Assembly (NCBI GenBank): GCA_963662285.2
Contig: CAXXMV010000002.1
Coordinates: forward strand, 1,760,001 to 1,824,000
Reading direction: 5' to 3'
DNA: 64,000 nucleotides
Source of the DNA: a bacterium
Lineage (GTDB): Bacteria > Hinthialibacterota > Hinthialibacteria > Hinthialibacterales > Hinthialibacteraceae
The notes beneath the pieces are model-generated. The model saw only the letters and a list, made by a program, of their open reading frames with translations. It searched no databases and was not told the origin of the DNA. A program made the position numbers and the translations under genes. Shown here piece by piece: positions 10,432-19,121 of this stretch (positions are counted from its first letter, which is position 1; the number at the start of each line of letters is the position of its first letter).

Positions 10432-11841
10432 CTATTCCATCCAATTGGTGTGAAAGACGCCTTCTTTATCGGTGCGCTGATAGGTATGCGCTCCGAAATA
10501 GTCGCGTTGTCCTTGAATCAGGTTGGCGGGCAGGCGGTCGCGTCGATAGGCGTCGAAATAGGATAACGAAGCGCTCATATCTGGAACCGCCAGACCCAGG
10601 CGGATGGCCAATGATACCGTCCAGCGCCATGCTTCGACCCGCTCAACAATCTCTTTATGGAAACTGGGGGCAACCAGAAGGTTAGGTAGATCGGGTTGTT
10701 CTTCAAATGCTTCGCGGATGCGGTCGAGGAATGCGGCGCGGATAATGCAGCCGCCTTTCCAGATGCGGGCGATTTCGCCATAGTTGAGGCCATAGCCGAA
10801 CTCCTGGCAGGCGGCGCGCAGCATAGCGAAGCCCTGGGCGTAGGAACATATCTTTGATGCATATAAAGCCTGGCGGATATTATTCACCGCTTCGGTTTTA
10901 TCCGGCAGATTTTCTATCATTGGCCCCTGGTATAATTTGGATGCGCTGACGCGTTCTTCTTTAAGAGAAGACATGAACCGGGCATCGACCGATGCGGTGA
11001 TGGTCGGTACGGCCACGCCAAGTTCGAGTCCGGTTTTAGAAGTCCATACGCCAGTGCCTTTTTGTCCGGCGCTATCCAGAATGCAGTCGATCAGCGCAGT
11101 ACCCCCGCCCTGGTCGTCGGGGAAATCGACGATCTTGGATGTGATCTCGATGAGGTATGATGAGAGTTCGCCTTTATTCCATTCAGTGAAGGTTTCGGCG
11201 ATTTCCGAGGAAGATAATCCCAAGCCATTACGCATGATATCGTATGACTCAGCGATGAGTTGCATGTCGCCGTACTCGATGCCGTTGTGGCACATTTTGA
11301 CGAAATGTCCGGCGCTTTTTTCGCCCATGTATTCTACGCAGGGTCCGCTGTCGGTCTGGGCGCTGATTTTTTTGAGAATGGGTTCGAGGATATCATAGGC
11401 TTTGCGGTTGCCGCCGGGCATGATGCTCGGTCCCCACAAAGCGCCTTCTTCGCCGCCGCTGATGCCCATGCCCAGGTAGTGGATGCCTGAGCCTTCGAAA
11501 AGTTTGATGCGCCGTTCGGTATCGTAGAAATAGGAGTTGCCGCCGTCTATCAGGATGTCGCCTTCATCGAGCAGCGGTTTGATCTGTTCAATAACCGCAT
11601 CGGTGCCCGCTCCGGCTTGAACCATTACCAGAATGCGCCGGGGACGTTCAAGAGCCTTAACGAATTCCTCAAGGGTATATCCTGCTACGAAATTCTTGCC
11701 CGCCGCCGGACCTTTGATAAACGCTTCCGTCTTGGAGGCGGTGCGGTTATAAACTGCTGTGGGGAAGCCATTACGCTCGATATTCAGGGCAATGTTCTGC
11801 CCCATGACTGCTAAACCAATTACGCCAAACTGCTGGCCCAT
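10432..11841 (-). CDS. gndA: NADP-dependent 6-phosphogluconate dehydrogenase (decarboxylating)
   Basis: GVIGLAVMGQNIALN, YNRT, IDGGNS, SGGEEGA, GHFVKMCHNGIEYGDMQLI, QKGTG, QRDYFGAHTY. Confidence 0.97.
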   Translation of the reverse strand: MGQQFGVIGLAVMGQNIALNIERNGFPTAVYNRTASKTEAFIKGPAAGKNFVAGYTLEEFVKALERPRRILVMVQAGAGTDAVIEQIKPLLDEGDILIDGGNSYFYDTERRIKLFEGSGIHYLGMGISGGEEGALWGPSIMPGGNRKAYDILEPILKKISAQTDSGPCVEYMGEKSAGHFVKMCHNGIEYGDMQLIAESYDIMRNGLGLSSSEIAETFTEWNKGELSSYLIEITSKIVDFPDDQGGGTALIDCILDSAGQKGTGVWTSKTGLELGVAVPTITASVDARFMSSLKEERVSASKLYQGPMIENLPDKTEAVNNIRQALYASKICSYAQGFAMLRAACQEFGYGLNYGEIARIWKGGCIIRAAFLDRIREAFEEQPDLPNLLVAPSFHKEIVERVEAWRWTVSLAIRLGLAVPDMSASLSYFDAYRRDRLPANLIQGQRDYFGAHTYQRTDKEGVFHTNWME

Positions 11842-12010
11842 GTTGATCTCCTTTGATCAATTATTATTTATAATTTCAGATAAATTTGCGATTATATGGT
11901 TATTGAATGATGGATTATATTATATGTGATAGAGATTTTTTGGGTAGCGCGGGGGTAATGATTATAATCGTAAATCGTAACTGATAATATCAAGGGTTGG
12001 TTTAGGGTGT

Positions 12011-12072
12011 GATGGGACACGCTGCAATGGTGGTTTGGAGGCTGGAGTTTTTTTTGCTTTGTCCCATCTTAC
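12011..12072 (-). repeat. REP-like family B (GTA[GA]GATGGGAC..GTCCCATC), long form
   Basis: gatgggacacgctgc...ttttttttgctttgtcccatcttac; reverse complement of the copy at 39598-39660. Confidence 0.8.
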
Positions 12073-12113
12073 GGTTTGGGTTCCGTGTTGAACCATAACT
12101 ATGAGGTAAATCA

Positions 12114-12147
12114 ATCAAGGGCAGAAAATACACTGCCCTTGCCACCC
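12114..12147 (+). repeat. REP-like family A copy
   Basis: atcaagggcagaaaatacactgcccttgccaccc; nearly identical to the copy starting at 10281. Confidence 0.8.
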
Positions 12148-12188
12148 ATGTTGTTGACGTCCACTAGCTTTATACAAAGAATCTATGC

Positions 12189-12773
12189 TCAAATTCCGAT
12201 CAAACTTTTATCGCAGGGATAAGCGGTTGGCGGCCCCAGGCGGTACATGTCGCCCCAGCTGCGCAGGCCGTTGGATGCATTATAGAGCGGCGCCGTGCCA
12301 TAGGTATCCGCGTTGTTATCCGGTCCAGCGCCGGAGATTTGCCATTCAGAGCAGCGCAGGCTGCTGCCAACTATGGCCTGTTTGCCATTATGAATTACAG
12401 ACCATGCATCTACGTAATCATAAGTAACATAGGCTTCATGCTGGTTTGCAACAATGCGCTGGCCGTATCGCGATTTCAAGAAAGGGTCTTGGGGGACGGA
12501 GGCGATATAGGATATTGGCGTAGTTAAGGGGATCAGGCGCCGGTTGACTGGATTGATGTTGACTCCATCGGGGCCGACGAATAGGGGATAGCGGTTGTTA
12601 TCCAGGCGGTACATCTCCAGCGCGGTTCCAATGGATTGCATTTCCGATTCGGCTTTGGCGATTTGCGCCCTCACCTGCGCGTTTAAGAAATTGGGCACGG
12701 CGATAGCGGCCAACACGCCGATTATGGCGACTACGATTAATAATTCGATTAGAGTGAAACCTTGGTTATTCAT
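12189..12773 (-). CDS. Prepilin-type N-terminal cleavage/methylation domain protein (GspG-like pseudopilin), paralog of 4858..5451
   Basis: MNNQG|FTLIELLIVVAIIGVLAAIAVPNFLNAQ, LTTPISYIASVPQDPF, GAGPD, YNASNGL..GD; GGGAG RBS before ATG 12773. Confidence 0.9.
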   Translation of the reverse strand: MNNQGFTLIELLIVVAIIGVLAAIAVPNFLNAQVRAQIAKAESEMQSIGTALEMYRLDNNRYPLFVGPDGVNINPVNRRLIPLTTPISYIASVPQDPFLKSRYGQRIVANQHEAYVTYDYVDAWSVIHNGKQAIVGSSLRCSEWQISGAGPDNNADTYGTAPLYNASNGLRSWGDMYRLGPPTAYPCDKSLIGI

Positions 12774-12808
12774 GAATCGCTCCCTACTAGATTTTTTTTC
12801 TATATTTG

Positions 12809-12852
12809 GAGAAAAAAACCTCAATAAATCGAGAAAAAAACCTCAATAAATC
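12809..12852. repeat. Perfect 22-bp tandem duplication upstream of the pilin-like gene
   Basis: gagaaaaaaacctcaataaatc x2. Confidence 0.9.
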
Positions 12853-12963
12853 ATTGAATAGGAAAAGATATTCATTAATATCTTTTCTATGATAGCCTCA
12901 ATTTCATGAAAAAACTCAAATAAAGATCAACCCTCAAAAATATATTCGTTGAGAATCACATAT

Positions 12964-13002
12964 CGCCTTCAAAAAGCTGATGATACTTGCTTTTTGAAGG
13001 CG
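12964..13002. terminator. Hairpin, probable terminator
   Basis: cgccttcaaaaagc-N11-gctttttgaaggcg, 14-bp stem. Confidence 0.6.
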
Positions 13003-13060
13003 TTTACTTTAGGTGAATCAATTATCTTTGGTTATTCTTTTACGGGGGTGTTTGATTTCA

Positions 13061-13097
13061 ACCCTCTCCTAGCCTCTCCCAATCTTGGGAGAGGAAT
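13061..13097 (+). repeat. REP-like family C copy
   Basis: accctctcctagcctctcccaatcttgggagagg. Confidence 0.8.
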
Positions 13098-13113
13098 ACT
13101 CAATCCAAAGTTT

Positions 13114-13509
13114 CTATTCTAATAAACCGGATAGATGCTCCAGGCTTTTCTCGGCCTGTTCAGGGGTGCCGCATTCTACTGAGAAGACGATGTCGTTGGG
13201 GGTTTTGGCGCTGACTATGTCGATGATCCTGCGCCAGTCCAACACGCCTTCGCCGCAGGCGCATCCCACCGGGGTTCCGGTTACAGCGCCTTTTTCAGCG
13301 TCGGAGTGTTCCACCGAAATATCCTTGGCGTGGAGATGCACCAGACGTCCCGCCACCCGCTCCAGCCACTGATAGACGTCGTGGCCGCATAAGTAGGCGT
13401 TGCCCGTATCGAAATTGATGCCGATGGCCGGTGAATCGACCAGGTCGTAGATGCGGTCCAAGCCATCAGGCGTCTTGGAGTACTGGGCGTGCGGTTCCAG
13501 CCCGATTTT
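13114..13509 (-). pseudogene. 3' half of a sugar phosphate isomerase/epimerase (xylose isomerase-like TIM barrel); 5' half missing
   Basis: Frame reads KIGLEPHAQYSKTPDGLDRIYDLVDSPAIGINFDTGN..LVHLHAKD..GEGVLDW..SVEC; an in-frame TGA lies a few codons upstream of KIGLEPH and there is no N-terminal half. Confidence 0.8.
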
Positions 13510-13543
13510 GGGGGATTTTAAGGATCAAGTGAATTTAAATTTC

Positions 13544-13714
13544 CCCCTTACCCTAGCCCTCTCCCGGCGGGAGAGGGGATAGTGTTGCTCGACATAATAA
13601 ATATGTAAAACTACCAGGAATAATCATCAAATGTAGGGGTAACCCTTGTGGTTACCCGATTATGCATTCCCTTTAGTTTTCCGATGGGACGCGCTGGCGA
13701 TTTGTCCAACCTAC
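13544..13714. repeat. Cluster of three different REP-like elements (families C, E, B)
   Basis: C at 13544-13580; E gtaggggtaacccttgtggttaccc at 13633-13657; B gatgggacgcgctggcgatttgtccaacctac at 13683-13714. Confidence 0.8.
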
Positions 13715-13735
13715 TTAATGACATCGCCTTGAGGT

Positions 13736-15112
13736 TTACTCATCCCACATGGCGTTGATTAACTGCACGGTTTTATTGACCAGTACCTGCCCGCCTTCCG
13801 GGCCGACTACGTATTTATCAGCGCTGTATCCGCCTCCCTGAGTGGCTTTTTCGGTTGGTAGATAACCGTTGTTCTGGCTGGATAATTGAACCAGAAATGT
13901 TAATAGCGCCTTGCTCCGGGCTTTTATACGGACGCCGTAATCCAGATATAGTTCAAAGGGATTAGTGGCGATGGCCATATCTCCCAGACGTAATATATGC
14001 AGTTCGACGGCATCCGTCGGTTCGGTGTTATAGAAAGGCGCAAGCGAAGGGTCGACGGTAGGGAGGCTGATTTCTACTGACGCATGTTTGAAAACCATTT
14101 TGGTGTCAATCTCTTTTTTGGCCAGAGGCATAACGTCATCCACAGCGTTGACGATGCGGCGGGCGATCTCGCGGCGACGTGATAATCCTCTTCGTTCTCT
14201 CATGGCTTCTTCGGCGCGTTTATTGAACATCAGATGCGGCGACAGGTCTCCTGCAGCGGAGCATTGGGGCAAGATGAAAATATCCGGTGAATAGCGTTTT
14301 TTCAATTCCAACCTTACTTCATGCCAGAAATCGGCTGAGATGTCGCTTAGGCCTTCGGTCTCCTGCGAGGTGCAGGCGATGTTGATTATCATGCCGCTTA
14401 GTTGACCGTTCCTGTTCCAGAAGAAGAGCAGGTTTACGCTGTGATCTTCATAGCCTTCCAGGTTGGAAAATTCATCTTGATCGGTTTTGCCATACATGAC
14501 GGTTGTACCATCGAAATAGTGCGCCCGGCGGTTCATGCCCACTACAGCGTGTCCCAAGCCCCAACTCATGCCGCCCGGCTGCCGGTTTTTCCAGGCTTTG
14601 ACGACGGTCGGAGCAACGCGCTCTAAAAAGAAGTCGGCGTATTCCGAAGCCTTCATGACGCCTTCGTCATTGCTGACGTCGTAGAGTCCCTTGTAGGCGC
14701 CGTCAATGAATCCGGGACCGGTATGGGTGTGAGTGGCGTTTAAGAATAACTTTGATATATCAAAATCGGGGATTAGCTCTTTAACCTGCTGGCGTAGGCG
14801 TTGTTGGATCACTTTTTTGATCGAGATGACGTCGCACGAAACCATGATGGCCTGCTCGGATGAGCCATTCTCTCCACGGGTTTCTAAAGCCAGAACTGTG
14901 GCGGTTAGTGGATCAAGCACCGATTTGGAAATTCGCTTGTGTAATTGACCTGTCAGGGCAATCGGCTTCTGCGGCGTTATATCCGCAGCCGCCCACCCGA
15001 CATAAAGCGGCATATTCAATTCTTGCTGTGTTTGCTCTGATGCATTGGTTATTTCATTAACACAAAAACTCAAAGTTAATAATACCACCAACACCTGTAG
15101 ATAATTTTTCAT
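13736..15112 (-). CDS. Secreted neutral/alkaline ceramidase-like hydrolase
   Basis: Signal peptide; VGWAAADITP, DPLTATVLAL, LNATHTHTGP, MNRR, ISADF, AAGDLSP, PFELY, GYLPT..GGY. Confidence 0.7.
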   Translation of the reverse strand: MKNYLQVLVVLLTLSFCVNEITNASEQTQQELNMPLYVGWAAADITPQKPIALTGQLHKRISKSVLDPLTATVLALETRGENGSSEQAIMVSCDVISIKKVIQQRLRQQVKELIPDFDISKLFLNATHTHTGPGFIDGAYKGLYDVSNDEGVMKASEYADFFLERVAPTVVKAWKNRQPGGMSWGLGHAVVGMNRRAHYFDGTTVMYGKTDQDEFSNLEGYEDHSVNLLFFWNRNGQLSGMIINIACTSQETEGLSDISADFWHEVRLELKKRYSPDIFILPQCSAAGDLSPHLMFNKRAEEAMRERRGLSRRREIARRIVNAVDDVMPLAKKEIDTKMVFKHASVEISLPTVDPSLAPFYNTEPTDAVELHILRLGDMAIATNPFELYLDYGVRIKARSKALLTFLVQLSSQNNGYLPTEKATQGGGYSADKYVVGPEGGQVLVNKTVQLINAMWDE

Positions 15113-15149
15113 GATTCCGGCTCCATTTTACAAAACTCTAAAACAACAC

Positions 15150-16469
15150 TTAGCCCTTTAATGTCCAGGGGGCGCGCATAGGCCGCGACAACATCGCGTT
15201 GGCCTGGTAATCGTCAATGAATGTTTCCTGCTCAGGATTCCAGTTCAACTTACGGCCCAGGCGGGTGGCTATATTTGATAGTTGACAAAGGGTATCGGAA
15301 TGAACCGCAGTATCTACCGGGCTTATGGTTTTGGCGCGGCTTTTAACTGCATCCAGGAAGTGGCGGTAATGATCGGCGCTTTTGGTAAGGTTAATTTCAT
15401 CCTGGCCGATTGTGGTTTTGAGCAATGATTTGGGATTGGCGTCAATGCCGCTGCGGTTTACATGCACCCAGCCCCGGCTTCCTTCAAAACGCACGCCTTG
15501 TTTGCTTCGGCCCTTATTGTCGGTGTAGATCATGGTAACGCCATTGGCATATTTGAATTCCAAATCCCATTTCATACAGCAATTAGCCATGCCTTTTTCG
15601 GGGAACTCTCCATTGCCTTCTACGCTGATGGGGGTTGTATCATCGGTTCCATTACCCCATTGGGCGATATCCAGATGATGAACGCCCCAGTTGGCGATGA
15701 AGCCCAGGCAATAATCATTGATATGATACCATGTGCTATAACTCTCTTTATCATTGTGGGGGCGGCAGCGCTGGTAGGAGTATGGCGCCTTGGCCGCTGG
15801 TCCCAACCACATGTCGTAATCCAAACCATCCGGCACGGGAATAACCGGGTCTTGCGGAATCGGCCAGCTGGCCGGGGCGCCGACGTAGATGGTTTTAAGT
15901 TCTCCAATGCGTTGGTTACGGGCTAATTCACAGGCGAAACGGAAATTTTCATCCGAGCGCTGCTGAGTGCCGAATTGGAAGACGTTTTTGTTCTTATGAA
16001 TGGCGGCCCGCAGAGCCTGCCCCTGCTCCATACTAAGCCCGACGGGCTTCTCATAATACATATCCTTACCGGCGCGGGAAGCCGCCAATCCCGCCAGGAC
16101 ATGCCAATGATCCGGTACGGCCAGGCTTACCGCATCGATATCCTTACGGGCCAACAACTCGCGGAAGTCGTTATAGACCTCGCAATCCTGGTTGACGTAA
16201 TAATCATCAACGATCTTTTTGGCTTTATCGCGCTGCCCTTTATCCACGTCGCACACCGCCGCCACGATTGCATCATCATGCCTGAAGAACTGCCGCATGT
16301 TTTTCACGCCGCGAATGCCCAGACCGATGCTGCCGATAACGATCTTGTCACTAGGCGCAGTCGCGCCGTCTTTGCCCAACGCAGATGATGGAATGATGGT
16401 GGGGAAACAAACTCCACTGGCTATCATAGACGTAGTTTTTATAAACTGACGTCGCTTTATAGTATTCAT
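15150..16469 (-). CDS. Gfo/Idh/MocA family oxidoreductase with Tat signal
   Basis: IKRRQFIK twin-arginine motif; IGLGIRG, VCDVD, PDHWH, YEKP, QFGTQQRS, WGVHHLD. Confidence 0.92.
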   Translation of the reverse strand: MNTIKRRQFIKTTSMIASGVCFPTIIPSSALGKDGATAPSDKIVIGSIGLGIRGVKNMRQFFRHDDAIVAAVCDVDKGQRDKAKKIVDDYYVNQDCEVYNDFRELLARKDIDAVSLAVPDHWHVLAGLAASRAGKDMYYEKPVGLSMEQGQALRAAIHKNKNVFQFGTQQRSDENFRFACELARNQRIGELKTIYVGAPASWPIPQDPVIPVPDGLDYDMWLGPAAKAPYSYQRCRPHNDKESYSTWYHINDYCLGFIANWGVHHLDIAQWGNGTDDTTPISVEGNGEFPEKGMANCCMKWDLEFKYANGVTMIYTDNKGRSKQGVRFEGSRGWVHVNRSGIDANPKSLLKTTIGQDEINLTKSADHYRHFLDAVKSRAKTISPVDTAVHSDTLCQLSNIATRLGRKLNWNPEQETFIDDYQANAMLSRPMRAPWTLKG

Positions 16470-16669
16470 GTTGATTCCTTTTTGATAATAAGATAATGCG
16501 CATCTATACAATGCAATCCGAAAATATGGATTCATCTTATCAAAAAAGGGATTGGATTAATATAGGGTATTTGATAAAAGTAGGAGAAAAAATTGGCTTT
16601 TACGAAAACCTAACTTGATAATGCAAGAATATAATCTCTCTATCATTCCTTTTCTTTATAAAACGCAAA

Positions 16670-17215
16670 TCAAATCCCCGCATAGTCATTATCAATCAAC
16701 GGATTGGTCTTATCGCGTTGGGAGAGTTCCGTGATTTCTTCTGGCCATTTTATGCCCAGTTTGGGGTCGTTGTAGCGGATTCCGCCCAGGTGGTCGGGGC
16801 TGTAGTAGTTGGTGGTGAAATAGATTACTTCGGTGTTTTGTTCCAGGGTTTGGAATCCGTGGGCGAAGCCTTCGGGGATGTAGAGCATGGTCATGTTTTC
16901 TTCGGAAAGGATTTCTCCTTGCCATTGCAGGAAAGTTGGTGAATCTTTCCTGATATCCACCGCCACATCAAAAATGGCGCCTCTGACGCATTTAATGACT
17001 TTTACTTCCGCTTCTGGTGGATATTGGAAGTGAAGGCCCCGCAGAGTTCCTTTTCCCGCGTTTCTGGTATGATTGACTTGGATAATAGGTTTAGTTAAAC
17101 CGATCTGATCCAATTCATGTTGGGTGAACACTTCAGAGAAGAATCCCCGGTTATCTTTAATAATTTGCGGTTGGCAAATGAATAGGTCTTTTATTTTAGT
17201 ATCAATAATTTTCAT
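16670..17215 (-). CDS. rmlC: dTDP-4-dehydrorhamnose 3,5-epimerase
   Basis: DNRGFFSE, GTLRGLHFQ, GAIFDVAVDIRKDSPTF, IPEGFAHGF, YNDPKLGIKWP. Confidence 0.93.
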   Translation of the reverse strand: MKIIDTKIKDLFICQPQIIKDNRGFFSEVFTQHELDQIGLTKPIIQVNHTRNAGKGTLRGLHFQYPPEAEVKVIKCVRGAIFDVAVDIRKDSPTFLQWQGEILSEENMTMLYIPEGFAHGFQTLEQNTEVIYFTTNYYSPDHLGGIRYNDPKLGIKWPEEITELSQRDKTNPLIDNDYAGI

Positions 17216-17359
17216 ACGGTCTCTTTAGGTGAATGTTGTGTAGTGTTGAACCTTATCTTAATGGAATTGAAACGTATTTTAAATAGCGGCAATATTGGTT
17301 TTACGCTTAAATGCTATATAGATATGTAATAAATAATCTGGTGATGATAAGAAAATTTA

Positions 17360-17398
17360 TTGACAAGAGCCAGTTATAATCGATAGAATCAACTGGCT
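17360..17398 (+). promoter_or_regulatory. Sigma70-type promoter overlapped by an inverted repeat (possible operator)
   Basis: TTGACA (17360)-N18-TAGAAT (17384); the inverted repeat agccagtt...aactggct spans the spacer and the -10 box. Confidence 0.55.
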
Positions 17399-17617
17399 TT
17401 GCTCAAGTATGCTTAGATACTCTTTGGATTTAGGTAATCCCGATTAACAAACCAAAAGCAAAAATGAATGCCATTGTGTTCAGCATTTTAAATGTTTTAT
17501 ATCGATTGTATTGTTTTCAGTAAAAAACGTTTGTTTTATAAAAGTTCCCTATTATGCATAAGTAGTTTCTATAAAATAGAATTTATAAATTCATACTTAT
17601 TAAAAAGGAGAATGGAA

Positions 17618-19015
17618 ATGGGTAAAAAGTTTTGTCTATCAGTAATGATGTTATGCATCATAGCGGTTCCGGCATCTATGGCTCAGAGTCTTACCTACGA
17701 GATAAGTGAACCTGTTATATTGGGGGATCTTCTAACGGCGCGGGCCAATATGTCGATAAGCACTCATGAACCTATAGCGCTTCTGGTTACAGTGGACACT
17801 TCCAATTATTATGAATTCGCCGATCCCATCACGGGCGAAATCGCACAGGCTGCGGTTTTGGGATTCTTTTACAATACCATCACGCTTGAACCTATTGGCG
17901 AACCGTTCATCATCGTGGGGAATCCCGGCAGTGATTTTGATACTCTGGATGTGGATTACAACCCCGTCTCACAGCAATACATTGTCGCAGCCTCCGCGAA
18001 TAATTATCTTCCCGGGGGAGGCCAGGCCAATTTACTCTCCATCGTCAGTTCATCCACCGCCGAACCAGTTGTCAAAGCCTGGGTATACGAACCGGACAGC
18101 GCAGAAAGCTTTGACGATATCGCCGTCAGTTGCAGTTCTAACAACGGCAACATTCTGATGGTTTCAGAACGTAATTTTGCAGGTGAAGGCGAAGGCGTCA
18201 TCGGAGCGCTTTTTGATCAGGATGGAAACCTCCTGACTCCAAATTTCGGACGGCTCGATCAACTCCAGCCGACTGGTGATGAAGATGATCCTGACGTCGT
18301 GTTCCTGCCCGTTAACGATGTCTTTCTGTTTTTAGTGAACACCGATGATGGCACTTATCAAGACCGGATAACCGGCGCGGTCATTTTGCCTGTGCCTGAT
18401 GCGGACGGTAATATGCAAATCGGTGAGCAGCAGATTTTGGGATCCGAACGTAAACCAGCTACAGCTCAAGGCCATCCGGCAGCCATCGAGAATCCTTTTA
18501 ACAGCGAACTGGTCGGCGTATTCGATTACTCCAATGGCGCTGATGGCGGCGATGTATTCTACTTCACGGTTGGCGGCGCCCCGGATTATGTCCTATCCGA
18601 AGCCCGCGATCAGGTTGCTTACCTTGAAGCCGCTGGCAGTAATCCGGTCAACCAGCGCCACCCCCAACTCGCCGCCGATCCCAGCAGCGGCGTAATAGTA
18701 GTCGCATACAACGTCAACAATGATACCAATGCGCTCGAGGCAGGCGGCATTCTATTCACTGTCTTGGGGCCGGATGGCGGGGTTTTGCCTGACAACGGAA
18801 ATTCGGTCGGGACGGATCAGGTCATCTATAAAATGACGCCGGATGAATTAGGAGTCATCAGCAATGACGCCAATAACTATAACATGCTCTACGATCCTCA
18901 CAGTGATTCGTTTATTTGCGTCTATGCCACCAACGAACAATACACCAAAGCTGTTCGTCTGAAGATCACTTCAAATCATCTACCCGTGAGCGTTGATTCG
19001 TGGATGTTGCATTAG
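17618..19015 (+). CDS. Secreted acidic protein of unknown function; ends in the shared C-terminal motif
   Basis: AAGGAG RBS 7 nt before ATG 17618; signal peptide ending ASMA|QS; D/E/N-rich beta-type body; ends VSVDSWMLH. Confidence 0.8.
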   Translation: MGKKFCLSVMMLCIIAVPASMAQSLTYEISEPVILGDLLTARANMSISTHEPIALLVTVDTSNYYEFADPITGEIAQAAVLGFFYNTITLEPIGEPFIIVGNPGSDFDTLDVDYNPVSQQYIVAASANNYLPGGGQANLLSIVSSSTAEPVVKAWVYEPDSAESFDDIAVSCSSNNGNILMVSERNFAGEGEGVIGALFDQDGNLLTPNFGRLDQLQPTGDEDDPDVVFLPVNDVFLFLVNTDDGTYQDRITGAVILPVPDADGNMQIGEQQILGSERKPATAQGHPAAIENPFNSELVGVFDYSNGADGGDVFYFTVGGAPDYVLSEARDQVAYLEAAGSNPVNQRHPQLAADPSSGVIVVAYNVNNDTNALEAGGILFTVLGPDGGVLPDNGNSVGTDQVIYKMTPDELGVISNDANNYNMLYDPHSDSFICVYATNEQYTKAVRLKITSNHLPVSVDSWMLH

Positions 19016-19040
19016 AAGACTTGTTTTGAAAAGCAACCCC

Positions 19041-19071
19041 AAGGGCTGAGAGTTTTTCTCAGCCCTTTTTT
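19041..19071 (+). terminator. Intrinsic terminator
   Basis: aagggctgaga-gttt-tctcagccctt hairpin followed by a T tract. Confidence 0.85.
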
Positions 19072-19121
19072 ATTATATTTGGAGTTCTACTGATTAGTTA
19101 TCAATGACATAAGCATTAAGT

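Noticed and set aside
13736-15112. C-terminus INAMWDE of the ceramidase-like protein as another tag instance
   Set aside because: Trp position and flanking residues do not fit the consensus; the RDD ending LAGMWD was rejected for the same reason
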